Sequence record: SRR20825010_3053
DNA length: 34,404 nucleotides
Direction: 5' to 3' (one strand)
Shown here: in pieces, positions 18,845 to 28,683 of the stretch
Layout of the letters: every line of letters begins with the position of its first letter
How positions within the stretch are numbered: position 1 is the stretch's first letter
Position numbers and translations under genes: made by a program
Notes under the pieces: generated by a model
What the model saw: only the letters and a program-made list of their open reading frames with translations
The model's database searches: none
What the model was told of the DNA's origin: nothing

Positions 18845-19544
18845 AATATTCTTCTAAGTTGAATGTATTGCTGGATACTTGCTTTTCTATCTCTTCAAAT
18901 TCTGAAGAAGAAATAGATTTGAATTTCACAGCATCACCCGCTTTGAAAAGCGTGGGTTTCTCTGTTTTTGGGTTGAAAGTAGGGATGGGAGTTCGACCTA
19001 TAATTTGCCATCCGCCCGGTGCATTGGCTGGGTAAATTCCAGTTTGCAAACCCGCTAAGCCAACCGAGCCCGCCAAAACCTCTTTCCTAGGTTCGGTTTT
19101 TCTAGGGCAGAATAATTGTTTAGGCAGACTTCCCAAATAAGCGAAGCCCGCAACAAAGCCGAGCATGTATACTTTGTAAGTTTCTTGGCAGTGCGTATCA
19201 ATAACTTCTTGTCGACTTAAGCCTGTTTTTTCCATTACCTCATTCATATCCAGTGCATAAGGTGCCTCATAGCAGACAGGGATTTCAATGAGTCTTTGGT
19301 TTAAATTAAGATCGGCTGGTTGGTTTTTTTTTGTGAGCTCCTCGATTTGTTCAGACAGTGCTTTGAACGAAGTTTGTTCACCAAAACCCACTGTGAGTGA
19401 GCAATAAGCCGGAATAAGGGAAGTGACTTCTTTGATCTCTTGAAGTTGCTTATAAAGCGAAAGCACTTGATTGTTGATGGCTTCATCAATTTTCTGCTCA
19501 AAGTTGACGAGCAAAGCTGAATCACCAAAGGGTACGATTTTCAT
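18837..19544 (-). CDS. pxpB: 5-oxoprolinase subunit B (KipI family)
   Basis: PFGDSALL, IPAYCSL, IPVCY, YMLGFVAGFAYL, APGGWQIIGRT. Confidence 0.92.
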   Translation of the reverse strand: MKIVPFGDSALLVNFEQKIDEAINNQVLSLYKQLQEIKEVTSLIPAYCSLTVGFGEQTSFKALSEQIEELTKKNQPADLNLNQRLIEIPVCYEAPYALDMNEVMEKTGLSRQEVIDTHCQETYKVYMLGFVAGFAYLGSLPKQLFCPRKTEPRKEVLAGSVGLAGLQTGIYPANAPGGWQIIGRTPIPTFNPKTEKPTLFKAGDAVKFKSISSSEFEEIEKQVSSNTFNLEEYYG

Positions 19545-20305
19545 GGTGTTGAAAAGGCTTTTTGCGTTATCCCGTTTTCCTCCAAACCTGATTTAATCGC
19601 TTTTAGAATTTCCACCGCTTGAGGATTATCACCATGAATGCAAAAGCTTTGGGCTTTCAGTTCCACTTTTTCACCATCTAGCGTTTGGGTATAGCCATTC
19701 TTAACCACCGACAATACTTGATTGACAGCATCTTCAGCATTATGAATTACTGAGTTTTCTTTTCCTCTGCTCATTAACTTACCATCAGCTTCATACCTTC
19801 TGTCGGCAAATGCTTCGGCAATAAAAGTCATGCCTTCTGCTTCTACTATTTCCTTCATGTGACTGCCTGTCAAGCCCATGATCATAAGGGTTGGATCAAT
19901 AGATTTAATGGCTTTTACAACAGTAGAAGCTTCTTTTTCATTCTTAGCCATTTCGTTGTAAAGCGCACCATGAGGTTTTACATATTTCAGTTGCCCTCCA
20001 GCACTTTCTACCATTCCTTTTAAAGCGGCTACCTGATATTTAATAGAAGCAGATAATTCTTCCGCAGACATTGGAATTACCCTTCTACCAAAACCCTGTA
20101 AATCAGGATAGGCAGGGTGCGCACCAATTTGGACACCATAGGCAATGGCCATTTCTATGGTTTTCTGAATATGGTAAGGGTCGCCAGCATGCATGCCACA
20201 GGCAATATTGGTGGAGGTGATGTGCGGGAAAATAGCCTTGTCATTGCCAACTATAAAGTTGCCATAGCTTTCTCCCATATCACAATTGATGTCTATTTGC
20301 TTCAT
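19541..20305 (-). CDS. pxpA: 5-oxoprolinase subunit A (LamB/YcsF family)
   Basis: DINCDMGESYG, NIACGMHAGDP, GAHPAYPD, VKPHGALYN, EAFADRRY, CIHGD. Confidence 0.95.
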   Translation of the reverse strand: MKQIDINCDMGESYGNFIVGNDKAIFPHITSTNIACGMHAGDPYHIQKTIEMAIAYGVQIGAHPAYPDLQGFGRRVIPMSAEELSASIKYQVAALKGMVESAGGQLKYVKPHGALYNEMAKNEKEASTVVKAIKSIDPTLMIMGLTGSHMKEIVEAEGMTFIAEAFADRRYEADGKLMSRGKENSVIHNAEDAVNQVLSVVKNGYTQTLDGEKVELKAQSFCIHGDNPQAVEILKAIKSGLEENGITQKAFSTP

Positions 20306-20775
20306 TTTTTCATGTACTTATGAAGGGATGATAAAGCCGTTTTTCGAACTTTATTTTTCATAAAGCCACTCCAGCCTAATAGCATTCCGGGTAAGCCCAG
20401 CGCCATAGAACACCACTTCCACATGTTGAAATGGTCTTTGTGATAAACAATCTTTCCCTCTTCAATGATGAATTCAGCCGTAATCTTGTTATGCACTACT
20501 CGGAGTGTTTTACTGAAAACGTAAATGGCTGTCCATTGTGCTTTGGCTTTACCGTTGGTGACATCGAGTATTTTATGGGTCACCGTTAAATCCTTTCCAC
20601 CTCTTTCTATCAACATCGACCACATGGAAGTGATCTCTGAATCATTCAATCTACCGAAGGCTGGATCTTCAAATACTGCTTGCTTGGCATAACAGGCATT
20701 CATGGCTTCGGCATTCTTTTGGGCAAAGGCCGTATAAAACTGATCGATAAGTAGGCGGTTCTCTTGTATCGACAT
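20302..20775 (-). CDS. NTF2/SnoaL-like domain protein
   Basis: FYTAF, CY, FEDPAFG, MWSML, WTAIY.FS.T.R.VHN and GKIVYHKDHF; 4-nt overlap with pxpA. Confidence 0.8.
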   Translation of the reverse strand: MSIQENRLLIDQFYTAFAQKNAEAMNACYAKQAVFEDPAFGRLNDSEITSMWSMLIERGGKDLTVTHKILDVTNGKAKAQWTAIYVFSKTLRVVHNKITAEFIIEEGKIVYHKDHFNMWKWCSMALGLPGMLLGWSGFMKNKVRKTALSSLHKYMKK

Positions 20776-20794
20776 AAGGCTGTGGAGTTAAATT

Positions 20795-21784
20795 TTACTC
20801 AATATAACCTTCTTTCTTGAACCAATTGTAGGCTCGGCTGATGGCATCTTTTACGGTAAGGTCAGGTTCGTAACCTAATTCCTCTTTGGCCTTACTTCCG
20901 TCCAAATGCTGACCGTAGGCCAAAATGGCTACTGCCGTTGAAGAAAGTGCAGGAGGAGTGCCTCTAAAAAGCGTGTATTTTATTTCTTGTGTTTTGGAGA
21001 TGAACTTAGCCATGTTCAAAGGGATCGTCTTTTTGATCATTGGAACTTGAGCAATGTCACAAGTCATTTTAATGATTTCTTCTATCGAAGTATTCTCACC
21101 CGTGATTAAGTATCGTTCTCCAAAACGGCCTTTTTCTAAGGCCAATAGTAAACCTCTGGCCGCATCGCCTGCATAAACTGCATTTCGAAGCCCATGAACA
21201 TAGGCCGGCATTTCTTCATTCGCAACATCTTGAATTAATCGGCCTGTGGTTGGAGCATAATCATACTCACCAAAGGTCATGCTCGGAATTCCAATTACGA
21301 GCGGAAGACCATGTTCTGCATTCATTTTGGCCATATTGTCCATTAACCATTTCACCCTTAAATAGGCATTGGTGCTTTCAGGTTCTGTTGGGTAATCTAG
21401 GCTTTCGTTACCCAACCCATTGGGATTTTTAGGCAGCACTATGGAGCCTCCCACATAGAGCGCTCGGCTTACTTTTGCTTCGCGAACGCCATCCACAAAG
21501 AACTGCATTTGTAAACGGGCAGTCTTAATTTCTTGTGCCAATGGCTTGGGAACGGTAGGGTAGTAGGCAGCGCAATTGGCTACATAATCCAGTCCTTCCA
21601 TGGCTCGAATCATGCTGCCTCTGTCGTTGAGGTCAGCAATGCGGCTTTCGAACTGAAGGTCTTTAATATGGGATAGGTCAGAGCTTTCGCGATGAATAAT
21701 CACCACTTCGTATTGCCGTAATTGAGCGGCTATGGCCAAATGGTGACCCAACATGCCTGTGCCACCAATAATGCCAATTTTCAT
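20795..21784 (-). CDS. NAD-dependent epimerase/dehydratase (extended SDR, dihydroflavonol-reductase/HpnA-like)
   Basis: GGTGMLG Rossmann motif, YLRVK (YxxxK), GRFGERYLI, SKAKEELGY. Confidence 0.85.
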   Translation of the reverse strand: MKIGIIGGTGMLGHHLAIAAQLRQYEVVIIHRESSDLSHIKDLQFESRIADLNDRGSMIRAMEGLDYVANCAAYYPTVPKPLAQEIKTARLQMQFFVDGVREAKVSRALYVGGSIVLPKNPNGLGNESLDYPTEPESTNAYLRVKWLMDNMAKMNAEHGLPLVIGIPSMTFGEYDYAPTTGRLIQDVANEEMPAYVHGLRNAVYAGDAARGLLLALEKGRFGERYLITGENTSIEEIIKMTCDIAQVPMIKKTIPLNMAKFISKTQEIKYTLFRGTPPALSSTAVAILAYGQHLDGSKAKEELGYEPDLTVKDAISRAYNWFKKEGYIE

Positions 21785-21836
21785 AAGGTATAGAAAGTAG
21801 TGAGTTTGAAATTAGAGTTGAAAAAGAGGGAGGAAA

Positions 21837-22199
21837 TTAATCTTCGTCATCATCTTCACCTTCATCATCTGCTATGTCGAAGTCTGTGCCTTCGTCTTCA
21901 TCTTCAGTGTGTTTTTCTTCGTATTCCTCTTTGATCTCATCTTTGAGGTTACCGTCTGCATCGTAATCATCATCATCTTCGATGATTTGCTGTGCTTCTT
22001 CAACGGTCATTCGAACGAGGTAATATTTCTCCTCAGTTTCAAAAGGAAGGGCAGAAACACGTTTACCCTCTTTGTTGGTAAAGTAAATAAGGTTGTCTTC
22101 AAAGCCTTCAGGGTAAGTAAGCTTAATTTGCTCTTGGATTTCTACATCCAGCTTGTCAAAATCTTTAATTACCCTTGGTTTGGAACTGGGAGCGTTCAT
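21837..22199 (-). CDS. Hypothetical protein with a very acidic C-terminal tail
   Basis: N-terminal domain PRVIKDFDKL...YPEGF...YYLVRM followed by a roughly 50-aa Asp/Glu-rich tail. Confidence 0.8.
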   Translation of the reverse strand: MNAPSSKPRVIKDFDKLDVEIQEQIKLTYPEGFEDNLIYFTNKEGKRVSALPFETEEKYYLVRMTVEEAQQIIEDDDDYDADGNLKDEIKEEYEEKHTEDEDEGTDFDIADDEGEDDDED

Positions 22200-22308
22200 A
22201 GTTTAATTCTGATTCAATTTTAAAGCAATTTCTATTTAAAAGTTAAAAAGTCAAGGGATAGGCGAAATAAAAAGAGAATATCTGTACTGGCCTCTCTTTT
22301 CATTCAAT

Positions 22309-23376
22309 TCATTTCACTTGCCGTGCAACAATTTTTAATTGCTGCTCTCTTTCAAATCTTTCCAAACCAAACTGAATGAGCAGTTCAATCAATTCAGAAT
22401 AGCTCACTCCTGTGGCTTCCCACATTTTAGGGTACATACTAATAGGAGTAAAGCCGGGTAAAGTATTGATTTCGTTAATCATGATGGTGCCATCGGTGCT
22501 GATGAAGAAATCGACACGGGCGAGGCCTTCACAACCTAATGTGGAGTATGCTTTTTTCGCCATTTCTCGAATTTCTTTGGTTTGATCATCAGTGAGTTGG
22601 GCAGGAATATGAATGCTCGAAGCATCTTTGCTTACATATTTGGATTCGAAATCATAAAAACCTGCTGTGTTTACGATTTCTCCGGGTAATGAAGCTTGAG
22701 GTTTTTCATTGCCCATTACCGCTACTTCAATTTCGCGCCCGTTGATATTCTGCTCTATGAGTACCTTGCTATCGTATTTGAGGGCATCTTGTAAAGCAGA
22801 CTCATATTCCGTTTTGGAATTTACTTTATGCACGCCTACAGAAGAACCCAGATTGGCGGGTTTGATGAAAAGCGGAAGACCCAATTCTTGTTCTACCTTG
22901 TCAAAATTGGGCTGATGGGTCCATGTAGCACAAACATAAGGGGCAATCGCAATATTGGCATCCCGCAACAAACGCTTGGTTACATCTTTGTCCATACAAG
23001 TGGCAGAAGCCAAAACTCCGCAGCCTACAAAGGCCACATTGAGCATTTTCAGCAAGCCTTGAATGGTTCCGTCTTCGCCAAAAACGCCATGGAGCACAAG
23101 GAATACGATGTCGATTTCTCTTAAGATTTTTCCAGAACCGTTTTCTAATACCGCAGCTCCTTTATCACCTTGAATTAAGGTGACCGAAGTCCCCATTTTA
23201 TCATGTGTGTTTTCGGTGTCCTGTAAAAACCAATGGCCTCCAATATCAATCCGTAACGGAATGACTTCATACAGCGATCTGTTGATATGCTTAAGAATAC
23301 CTTCTGAAGAAATAAGGGAAATTTCGTGCTCAGTAGATCGCCCACCGAAAACCACCGCAACTTTAATTTTTGACAT
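22309..23376 (-). CDS. ddl: D-alanine--D-alanine ligase
   Basis: FGGRSTEHEIS, LHGVFGEDGTIQG, CMDK, KPANLGSSVG, GREIE, YDFESKY, NEINTLPGFT, SMYP. Confidence 0.96.
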   Translation of the reverse strand: MSKIKVAVVFGGRSTEHEISLISSEGILKHINRSLYEVIPLRIDIGGHWFLQDTENTHDKMGTSVTLIQGDKGAAVLENGSGKILREIDIVFLVLHGVFGEDGTIQGLLKMLNVAFVGCGVLASATCMDKDVTKRLLRDANIAIAPYVCATWTHQPNFDKVEQELGLPLFIKPANLGSSVGVHKVNSKTEYESALQDALKYDSKVLIEQNINGREIEVAVMGNEKPQASLPGEIVNTAGFYDFESKYVSKDASSIHIPAQLTDDQTKEIREMAKKAYSTLGCEGLARVDFFISTDGTIMINEINTLPGFTPISMYPKMWEATGVSYSELIELLIQFGLERFEREQQLKIVARQVK

Positions 23377-23480
23377 CTAAAAAGTAAATGAATTTGTACA
23401 CGTGAATAACGCCAAGAGAACTAAATATTCATATTGGATTAAGAAATTTATTCAAGTGAATTTGACAGGAAGAAAGTTGT

Positions 23481-24146
23481 TTACTGATTTCTATCTGATT
23501 TGAACTGTGTGTAGGTTTTTTCAATTGGCCATGCTAGTGATTGGATAGGGTTTACTTTTTCTGATGCCCTTACTTTTAGGTTATACAGAGTGCCGCTCAA
23601 TCGTTTTCTAATTCTACTAATAATAATGCTGTTAAGGTTAATTACCATTTTTTGATCCTGATAAACACCCAGGTAGTTGACTTTCACATCGTTTCCGTGC
23701 TTTCGTAACTTCCATTGTGCTGAATAGAAGTCCACTAAATCATAATCTTCATTTCGATCATACTCTCTTATTTGGGTGGAACGAGTAAAGAAAGTCTCGT
23801 TTTCATAGCGAACATCAACCTTTACTCTGCCAGTCTTTTTTACAAAGAGCCAAGGAATATCCACAAAGAAATCAAAAGTGAAAGAAGAGTCTTGTTTGTC
23901 TACCAAAAGCATCTTTGATTTGCTTTCACCTTCCACCCAGTCATAGCCATCTACATCTAAAATAAGGTTCATTACCTCAAATATGTTTGTGTTTTCAATA
24001 ATGAAAGAACCTCTTAACGCTTCATATCCATCGCCAAGGGTGTCTAATTGAGTCATGGAAATACCTTTGTGCTCCCATGTTTTTTGAGAAAAGACATGAG
24101 TTGAAGATATGAAGATGAAAAAATAAACTGCTAAAAGTCGTTGCAT
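23481..24146 (-). CDS. Secreted hypothetical protein, possible START/SRPBCC lipid-binding fold
   Basis: Signal peptide; W...K.GI start, ILDVDGY.W and DIPW elements resemble bacterial START proteins (weak). Confidence 0.5.
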   Translation of the reverse strand: MQRLLAVYFFIFISSTHVFSQKTWEHKGISMTQLDTLGDGYEALRGSFIIENTNIFEVMNLILDVDGYDWVEGESKSKMLLVDKQDSSFTFDFFVDIPWLFVKKTGRVKVDVRYENETFFTRSTQIREYDRNEDYDLVDFYSAQWKLRKHGNDVKVNYLGVYQDQKMVINLNSIIISRIRKRLSGTLYNLKVRASEKVNPIQSLAWPIEKTYTQFKSDRNQ

Positions 24147-24239
24147 AGTCTTATCGAAGTTCTAATATAATGGAATTTAAGGATTTAGGCCATTTGTTCG
24201 CTAAACTGGTTTTTTGGTTTTACTTTTTAACTTGCTGGA

Positions 24240-25523
24240 ATGAAATCAAAACTGTGGAGCTTACTTTTTTGGATGGTTATTGCTGCGGCCTTTATAGGCC
24301 CCGGTACCGTAACGACAGCAGCAGCTGCTGGCGCTGGTTATGGTTATAGCTTACTTTGGGCATTGGTTTTTTCTATTTTTGCCTGTATCATATTACAAGA
24401 GTCGGCAGCAAGAATTACTATTGCTTCTGAACTTACCTTGGGCGAAGCGATTAAAGATAGGTTCAAGTCGCAGCGTATAGCACTGAGTATTGGGATAGCT
24501 ATATTTTTGGGCTGTGCGGCTTATGAAGCGGGTAACATTTTGGGTGCTATTTCCGGGGTTTCACTGATTTTTACAGGTGTTGAGCCTTCCATTTTCACTT
24601 TGATTATAGTAAGCGTAAGTGTGCTTGTTTTATGGAGTGGGAAAACGAAAACAGTAGCCAATATTATGGGTATGGTGGTGGCCTTAATGGGAGTGGCTTT
24701 TTTAATTGCAGGCCTGAGTATGCCGGTGGATTGGCCTCTGTTTATGAAAGGTGCTTTTGTGCCTTCTTTTCCAGAAGGGTCCATTTTGATCACTTTAGGC
24801 CTAGTGGGAACCACTATTGTTCCTTACAACATCTTTATGGGTTCGGGCTTGGCCAAAGGCCAAAGCTTGTCATTTATGCGTTTTGGATTGGTTGTAGCGA
24901 TTCTAATTGGTGGGCTGATCTCTACTGCTATTTTATTGGCCGGTGCTTCGGTAGAAGGTGGCTTTAGTTTCGAAAAATTAGCTACTACTTTGACTAAAAA
25001 TAACGGTGAGTGGATGTCCTATACTTTTGCAATAGGCCTTTTTGCGGCAGGTTTTACTTCCAGCATTACAGCGCCACTGGCGGCAGCCATTACTTTAAAA
25101 AGTGTAGCGAAAAGCGAAAAAGGCTGGGAGGCCAATGGCTTAAAATATAGACTTGCTTGGGGAAGCGTAATGCTCACAGGCCTGGTTTTCGGGATGACAG
25201 GCGTGAAGCCCATTCCTGTAATAATTTTGGCACAAGCTGCCAATGGATTGATCCTTCCCGTGATCGCTATATTCCTATGGTTAATTTGTAATAATGTAAC
25301 GTATCTCAAAGTACATATGAATGGTTTAGCCATGAATTTAGCTATGTTAATCACCGTATTTGTGGCCAGCGTTTTGGGCTTCATCAATGTTTTTAAAGCT
25401 GGTTATGCTACTTTTGGCAATAGTTTTGCTTTTGAAGGGCTAAATCAAACCATTATACTTGGGCTATCAGCTTTAGTTACTATGATGGCTGGCTGGAAAG
25501 TATTCAAAGAACGGTCGCTTTAG
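24240..25523 (+). CDS. NRAMP-family transporter, YcsG-like
   Basis: AAFIGPGTVTT, GYSLLW, LQESAARI, YEAGNILG, LVGTTIVPYNIF; about 11 hydrophobic segments; lacks the DPGN motif of MntH. Confidence 0.85.
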   Translation: MKSKLWSLLFWMVIAAAFIGPGTVTTAAAAGAGYGYSLLWALVFSIFACIILQESAARITIASELTLGEAIKDRFKSQRIALSIGIAIFLGCAAYEAGNILGAISGVSLIFTGVEPSIFTLIIVSVSVLVLWSGKTKTVANIMGMVVALMGVAFLIAGLSMPVDWPLFMKGAFVPSFPEGSILITLGLVGTTIVPYNIFMGSGLAKGQSLSFMRFGLVVAILIGGLISTAILLAGASVEGGFSFEKLATTLTKNNGEWMSYTFAIGLFAAGFTSSITAPLAAAITLKSVAKSEKGWEANGLKYRLAWGSVMLTGLVFGMTGVKPIPVIILAQAANGLILPVIAIFLWLICNNVTYLKVHMNGLAMNLAMLITVFVASVLGFINVFKAGYATFGNSFAFEGLNQTIILGLSALVTMMAGWKVFKERSL

Positions 25524-25552
25524 ATTGATAGCATTATCAAAAACTCCTAAAA

Positions 25553-26062
25553 ATGACTTCTAAAATTGGTGCTATTGGTGTTTTTTTATTGATGATTTTC
25601 ACTTCGTTTTTAAGCACCCAAGACTCAAACGAACATCACTTAAAGCATACACCTGATTTGGGCATTACAGAACTTGATTTTGGGAGGGAAGTGATTACTT
25701 TTTGCATGTTTGAAGGAGTAAAAATCAAATTCAAATTGACTATGGATGACTTCAAAACAGAGGATGTAAGAGTGAAGATATCTAAGGGAGAGGTAGATTT
25801 GGATATTTGGGATAAAACCGAAAATACTTATTTGATCAACCCCAAAGTGGATACTTTTCAGGTGGATATTTGGGTGAAATTAATAGCAGTGAAAAACATT
25901 CAAGTCCCAGTAGTGAATGGTAAAATTGCTGACCATGACGAAACTGGACTTTATAAAACAGCCAATGCGAACTGGAAACCAATAGGTGAAGTCTATCCTG
26001 TAGAAGGGGGGTATGTAAAGGTGATTTCTAACTGGCAATTATACGGCAGACCTTGTGAATAA
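25553..26062 (+). CDS. Hypothetical protein with an N-terminal signal/TM segment
   Basis: 169-aa ORF with an A-rich start context, 29 nt after the transporter; no recognisable motif. Confidence 0.6.
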   Translation: MTSKIGAIGVFLLMIFTSFLSTQDSNEHHLKHTPDLGITELDFGREVITFCMFEGVKIKFKLTMDDFKTEDVRVKISKGEVDLDIWDKTENTYLINPKVDTFQVDIWVKLIAVKNIQVPVVNGKIADHDETGLYKTANANWKPIGEVYPVEGGYVKVISNWQLYGRPCE

Positions 26063-26189
26063 CGAGTTAACTTTAAGCCAATAGCTCAGTTTTACATGTC
26101 AAAGGTAATGTTAGCATAACACGATTTGGTTAAGGTTTTATGTGCAATACCTGAATTATCTATTAATTTTGCACAAAAAAGAAAGCGAG

Positions 26190-27080
26190 ATGAAGTTGTG
26201 GAGATTAATGGTAGTAGTGTGCTTTTTAACAACGGCTTGTGGAGGAGGGGATGCCCCAACGCCAAATCCAGTGGTAGAAACCTCCATTTATGAGGCCTGT
26301 TTACCCGAAGTAGGAGAGAATACATTGGAAGTGGTGACTTGGAATATTGAGAATTTCCCGATGCACGCCAACACTGCTGATGCAGTCAAAGAAATTATAG
26401 AAGACACCGATGTGGATGTGATTGCACTTCAAGAGATTACTTCAAAGTCAGAATTCAATGCCCTTGTCGATGGTTTAGATGGCTGGTCTGGACATGTAGA
26501 AGATTATGCTGGCTCGCAATGGGTGGGTTATATGTATAAGACTTCTGAAATCACTGTGTTGACACAACCTGAGAATTTATTCGCAGTAAGCAGCAATGAT
26601 GATTATAATTTTGCTTTCACTTCGGCAAGAAGACCTCTGTATATGAAGTTTCAACACACCAATGGATTGGTAGTTAATATTATCAATGTTCATATGAAGT
26701 GTTGCAGTGGCTCAGAGAACAGGAGAAGAAGTGGAGCCGTATTACTTAAGGATTATATCGATAGTAATTTGCCAAATGAGAATGTGATTTTACTCGGTGA
26801 TTTTAATGATGAAATTGTAGATCAGGCAGATAACGTTTATCAGAACTTTATTGATGACAATGCAAACTACAAGTTCACTACTATGTCCATAGCGGAAGGA
26901 ACGTCAAGCGGTTGGTCTTATCCTTCATGGCCAAGCCAAATTGATCAAATTTTAATAACCAATGAGTTGTTCACTAAGGCAATTGAGACCCTAGTGTTGA
27001 AACTGGATAATTGCCAAACCACATTTGGTTCTCAGGTTTCCGACCATAGGCCTGTAATGATTCGATTGAATAATAATTAG
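26190..27080 (+). CDS. Endonuclease/exonuclease/phosphatase (DNase I-like) lipoprotein
   Basis: TWNIENF, ALQEI, NVHMK, LGDFND, IDQILI, SDHRPV; lipobox LTTAC. TAATTTTG at 26164-26171 supports the ATG at 26190 over the track start at 26142. Confidence 0.88.
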   Translation: MKLWRLMVVVCFLTTACGGGDAPTPNPVVETSIYEACLPEVGENTLEVVTWNIENFPMHANTADAVKEIIEDTDVDVIALQEITSKSEFNALVDGLDGWSGHVEDYAGSQWVGYMYKTSEITVLTQPENLFAVSSNDDYNFAFTSARRPLYMKFQHTNGLVVNIINVHMKCCSGSENRRRSGAVLLKDYIDSNLPNENVILLGDFNDEIVDQADNVYQNFIDDNANYKFTTMSIAEGTSSGWSYPSWPSQIDQILITNELFTKAIETLVLKLDNCQTTFGSQVSDHRPVMIRLNNN

Positions 27081-27097
27081 AACCAATAGCTTTAAAG

Positions 27098-27140
27098 AAA
27101 TCGCCCTTCCAAGAAATTCTTGGAAGGGCGATTTTGTTTT
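27098..27140. terminator. Bidirectional terminator
   Basis: Long perfect inverted repeat AAATCGCCCTTCCAAGA...TCTTGGAAGGGCGATTT with T-tracts, between convergent genes. Confidence 0.85.
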
Positions 27141-27180
27141 GTGGCCTTTGTAAGATGCTTTAATCTACAGCTTGATTCAT

Positions 27181-27762
27181 TTAACCATGAATAGATTCAG
27201 ACTTACCGTAGCGTTGTATAATCTCGCCTTCGATTTCAATCAGATCTTTCCAGAGCTTGTCAACATCTAAACCTTCTCCATACTTTCTGGCAAAACCTAG
27301 AAATGTAGTGTAATGCCCAGCCTCACTAACCATAAGTTGGTAATAGAATTTTGATAACTCTTCATCTTTGATATTTTCAGAAAGCACTTTAAAACGCTCA
27401 CAACTTCTGGCCTCAATCATGGCAGAAAATAGTAGTCGGTCTACTAAGCTTTGTTGACGATTTCCACCTTTGATTCGCGCTTTGAACAGTTCATTCACAT
27501 AACTGTCTTTTCGCTCTCGGCCTAAAGTATAGCCACGTTTTTTGATGATGTCATGCACCATTCTAAAGTGGTCTAGCTCTTCCTGAGCCAATACCAGTAA
27601 TTCCGTTACTAGCTCAGTATGTTCAGGATTTCCAGCTATAATGGTAATGGCGTTTGTAGCTGCCTTTTGTTCGCACCAAGCATGGTCTGTTAGAATTTCT
27701 TCAATATTAGTTTCTGCTAAATGTGCCCAACGTGGATCGGTGGCGAGTTTTAAACCGAGCAT
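27181..27762 (-). CDS. miaE: tRNA-(ms2io6A37) hydroxylase
   Basis: DHAWCEQKAA, EELDHF, IEARSCERF and SEAGHY di-iron motifs. The start MLGLKL at 27762 is supported by a minus-strand TATTTTTG at 27787-27794 (track start 27789). Confidence 0.93.
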   Translation of the reverse strand: MLGLKLATDPRWAHLAETNIEEILTDHAWCEQKAATNAITIIAGNPEHTELVTELLVLAQEELDHFRMVHDIIKKRGYTLGRERKDSYVNELFKARIKGGNRQQSLVDRLLFSAMIEARSCERFKVLSENIKDEELSKFYYQLMVSEAGHYTTFLGFARKYGEGLDVDKLWKDLIEIEGEIIQRYGKSESIHG

Positions 27763-27837
27763 ATCAATTTGATTTTTTAAGAAATGCAAAAATAGGGGTA
27801 TGCCTCATGGAATAATAATTATGCAGCGGTTTTATGT

Positions 27838-27863
27838 TTCTCACCCCTAACAAGGGGTGAGAA
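27838..27863. terminator. Hairpin after the upstream minus-strand gene
   Basis: TTCTCACCCCT-AACA-AGGGGTGAGAA, an 11-bp stem with no clear U-tract. Confidence 0.5.
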
Positions 27864-27878
27864 GTGTATCGCATCAGT

Positions 27879-28610
27879 CTACTTGATCTTGTTGGCATAG
27901 TAGTAAACGGCACCTTTCAAATCGTTGTATGCGAAAATATGTGCTGCAAAATTCTTGAACTTAGGCTTTTTGTCTACCTCATTCATTAACTCTAGTTCGT
28001 CAGAAAACAGCTCCGTAAAACTTTTGTCGTAAGAAACTTTGCGGATAATTTGTGCCTTTTGTCCGTTTTTGACGACTAGTAGCGTACGGTCTTCTCCTCC
28101 AATAATTCGGATTCCAGCTAGCTTTACAGGCATTGATTTTGATCCAAATGGATGATGATAAACTTTAATGTATTGGTCGAAGCCCGGGTTAAGCAATTGG
28201 AGCATTCCATATTTCTTCTTTTTTCTCGGCAACTGTTGAGTTTCGTATATCAGCCATTCCCGTTGAATGATTCCATGATAATCTGTTTTTGTCATTTGCC
28301 TCACGCTGAAGGAGTTATCCGAAATCGCATCCATTTTGGCGAAATCATCGGGTTTTATGGCGAAACGTCTCAATTCCTCCGCCTCCAATTTGTGAACCTG
28401 TTTGCTTTCATCGAGTAGTACAACACGTTTTATAATGCCATTGTCTTGGCTTACACTCCTCAATGTTCCAGCAATGCTGTCGCCAGATTGTGTAATAACA
28501 TAACTGGTGTTGTTACCAATAAAGCTCGAGTAAGGTGCTAAAAAATCTTGGGCCAATGCACTAGCACCGAAGCCCAGAAAAATAATGATCGTTAATTTGA
28601 GTTTTTGCAT
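27879..28610 (-). CDS. Secreted hypothetical protein
   Basis: Signal peptide MQKLKLTIIIFLGFGASALA-Q from the ATG at 28610; the track start at 28643 overlaps the candidate promoter. Confidence 0.7.
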   Translation of the reverse strand: MQKLKLTIIIFLGFGASALAQDFLAPYSSFIGNNTSYVITQSGDSIAGTLRSVSQDNGIIKRVVLLDESKQVHKLEAEELRRFAIKPDDFAKMDAISDNSFSVRQMTKTDYHGIIQREWLIYETQQLPRKKKKYGMLQLLNPGFDQYIKVYHHPFGSKSMPVKLAGIRIIGGEDRTLLVVKNGQKAQIIRKVSYDKSFTELFSDELELMNEVDKKPKFKNFAAHIFAYNDLKGAVYYYANKIK

Positions 28611-28634
28611 GGTTGAAAAATTTCTGACACCGTG

Positions 28635-28650
28635 ACAATTCAAGTGCCAG
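28635..28650 (-). promoter_or_regulatory. Candidate sigma-54 promoter
   Basis: Minus strand CTGGCAC-TTGAA-TTGT, ending 24 nt before the ATG at 28610. Confidence 0.5.
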
Positions 28651-28683
28651 AATTCACCAATTCCGGAAAACTGAAAAAATATT

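Noticed and set aside
22309-23376. Van-type D-Ala-D-Lac ligase
   Set aside because: The omega loop reads YDFESKY as in ordinary Ddl enzymes, and no vanH/vanX/vanRS genes are nearby.
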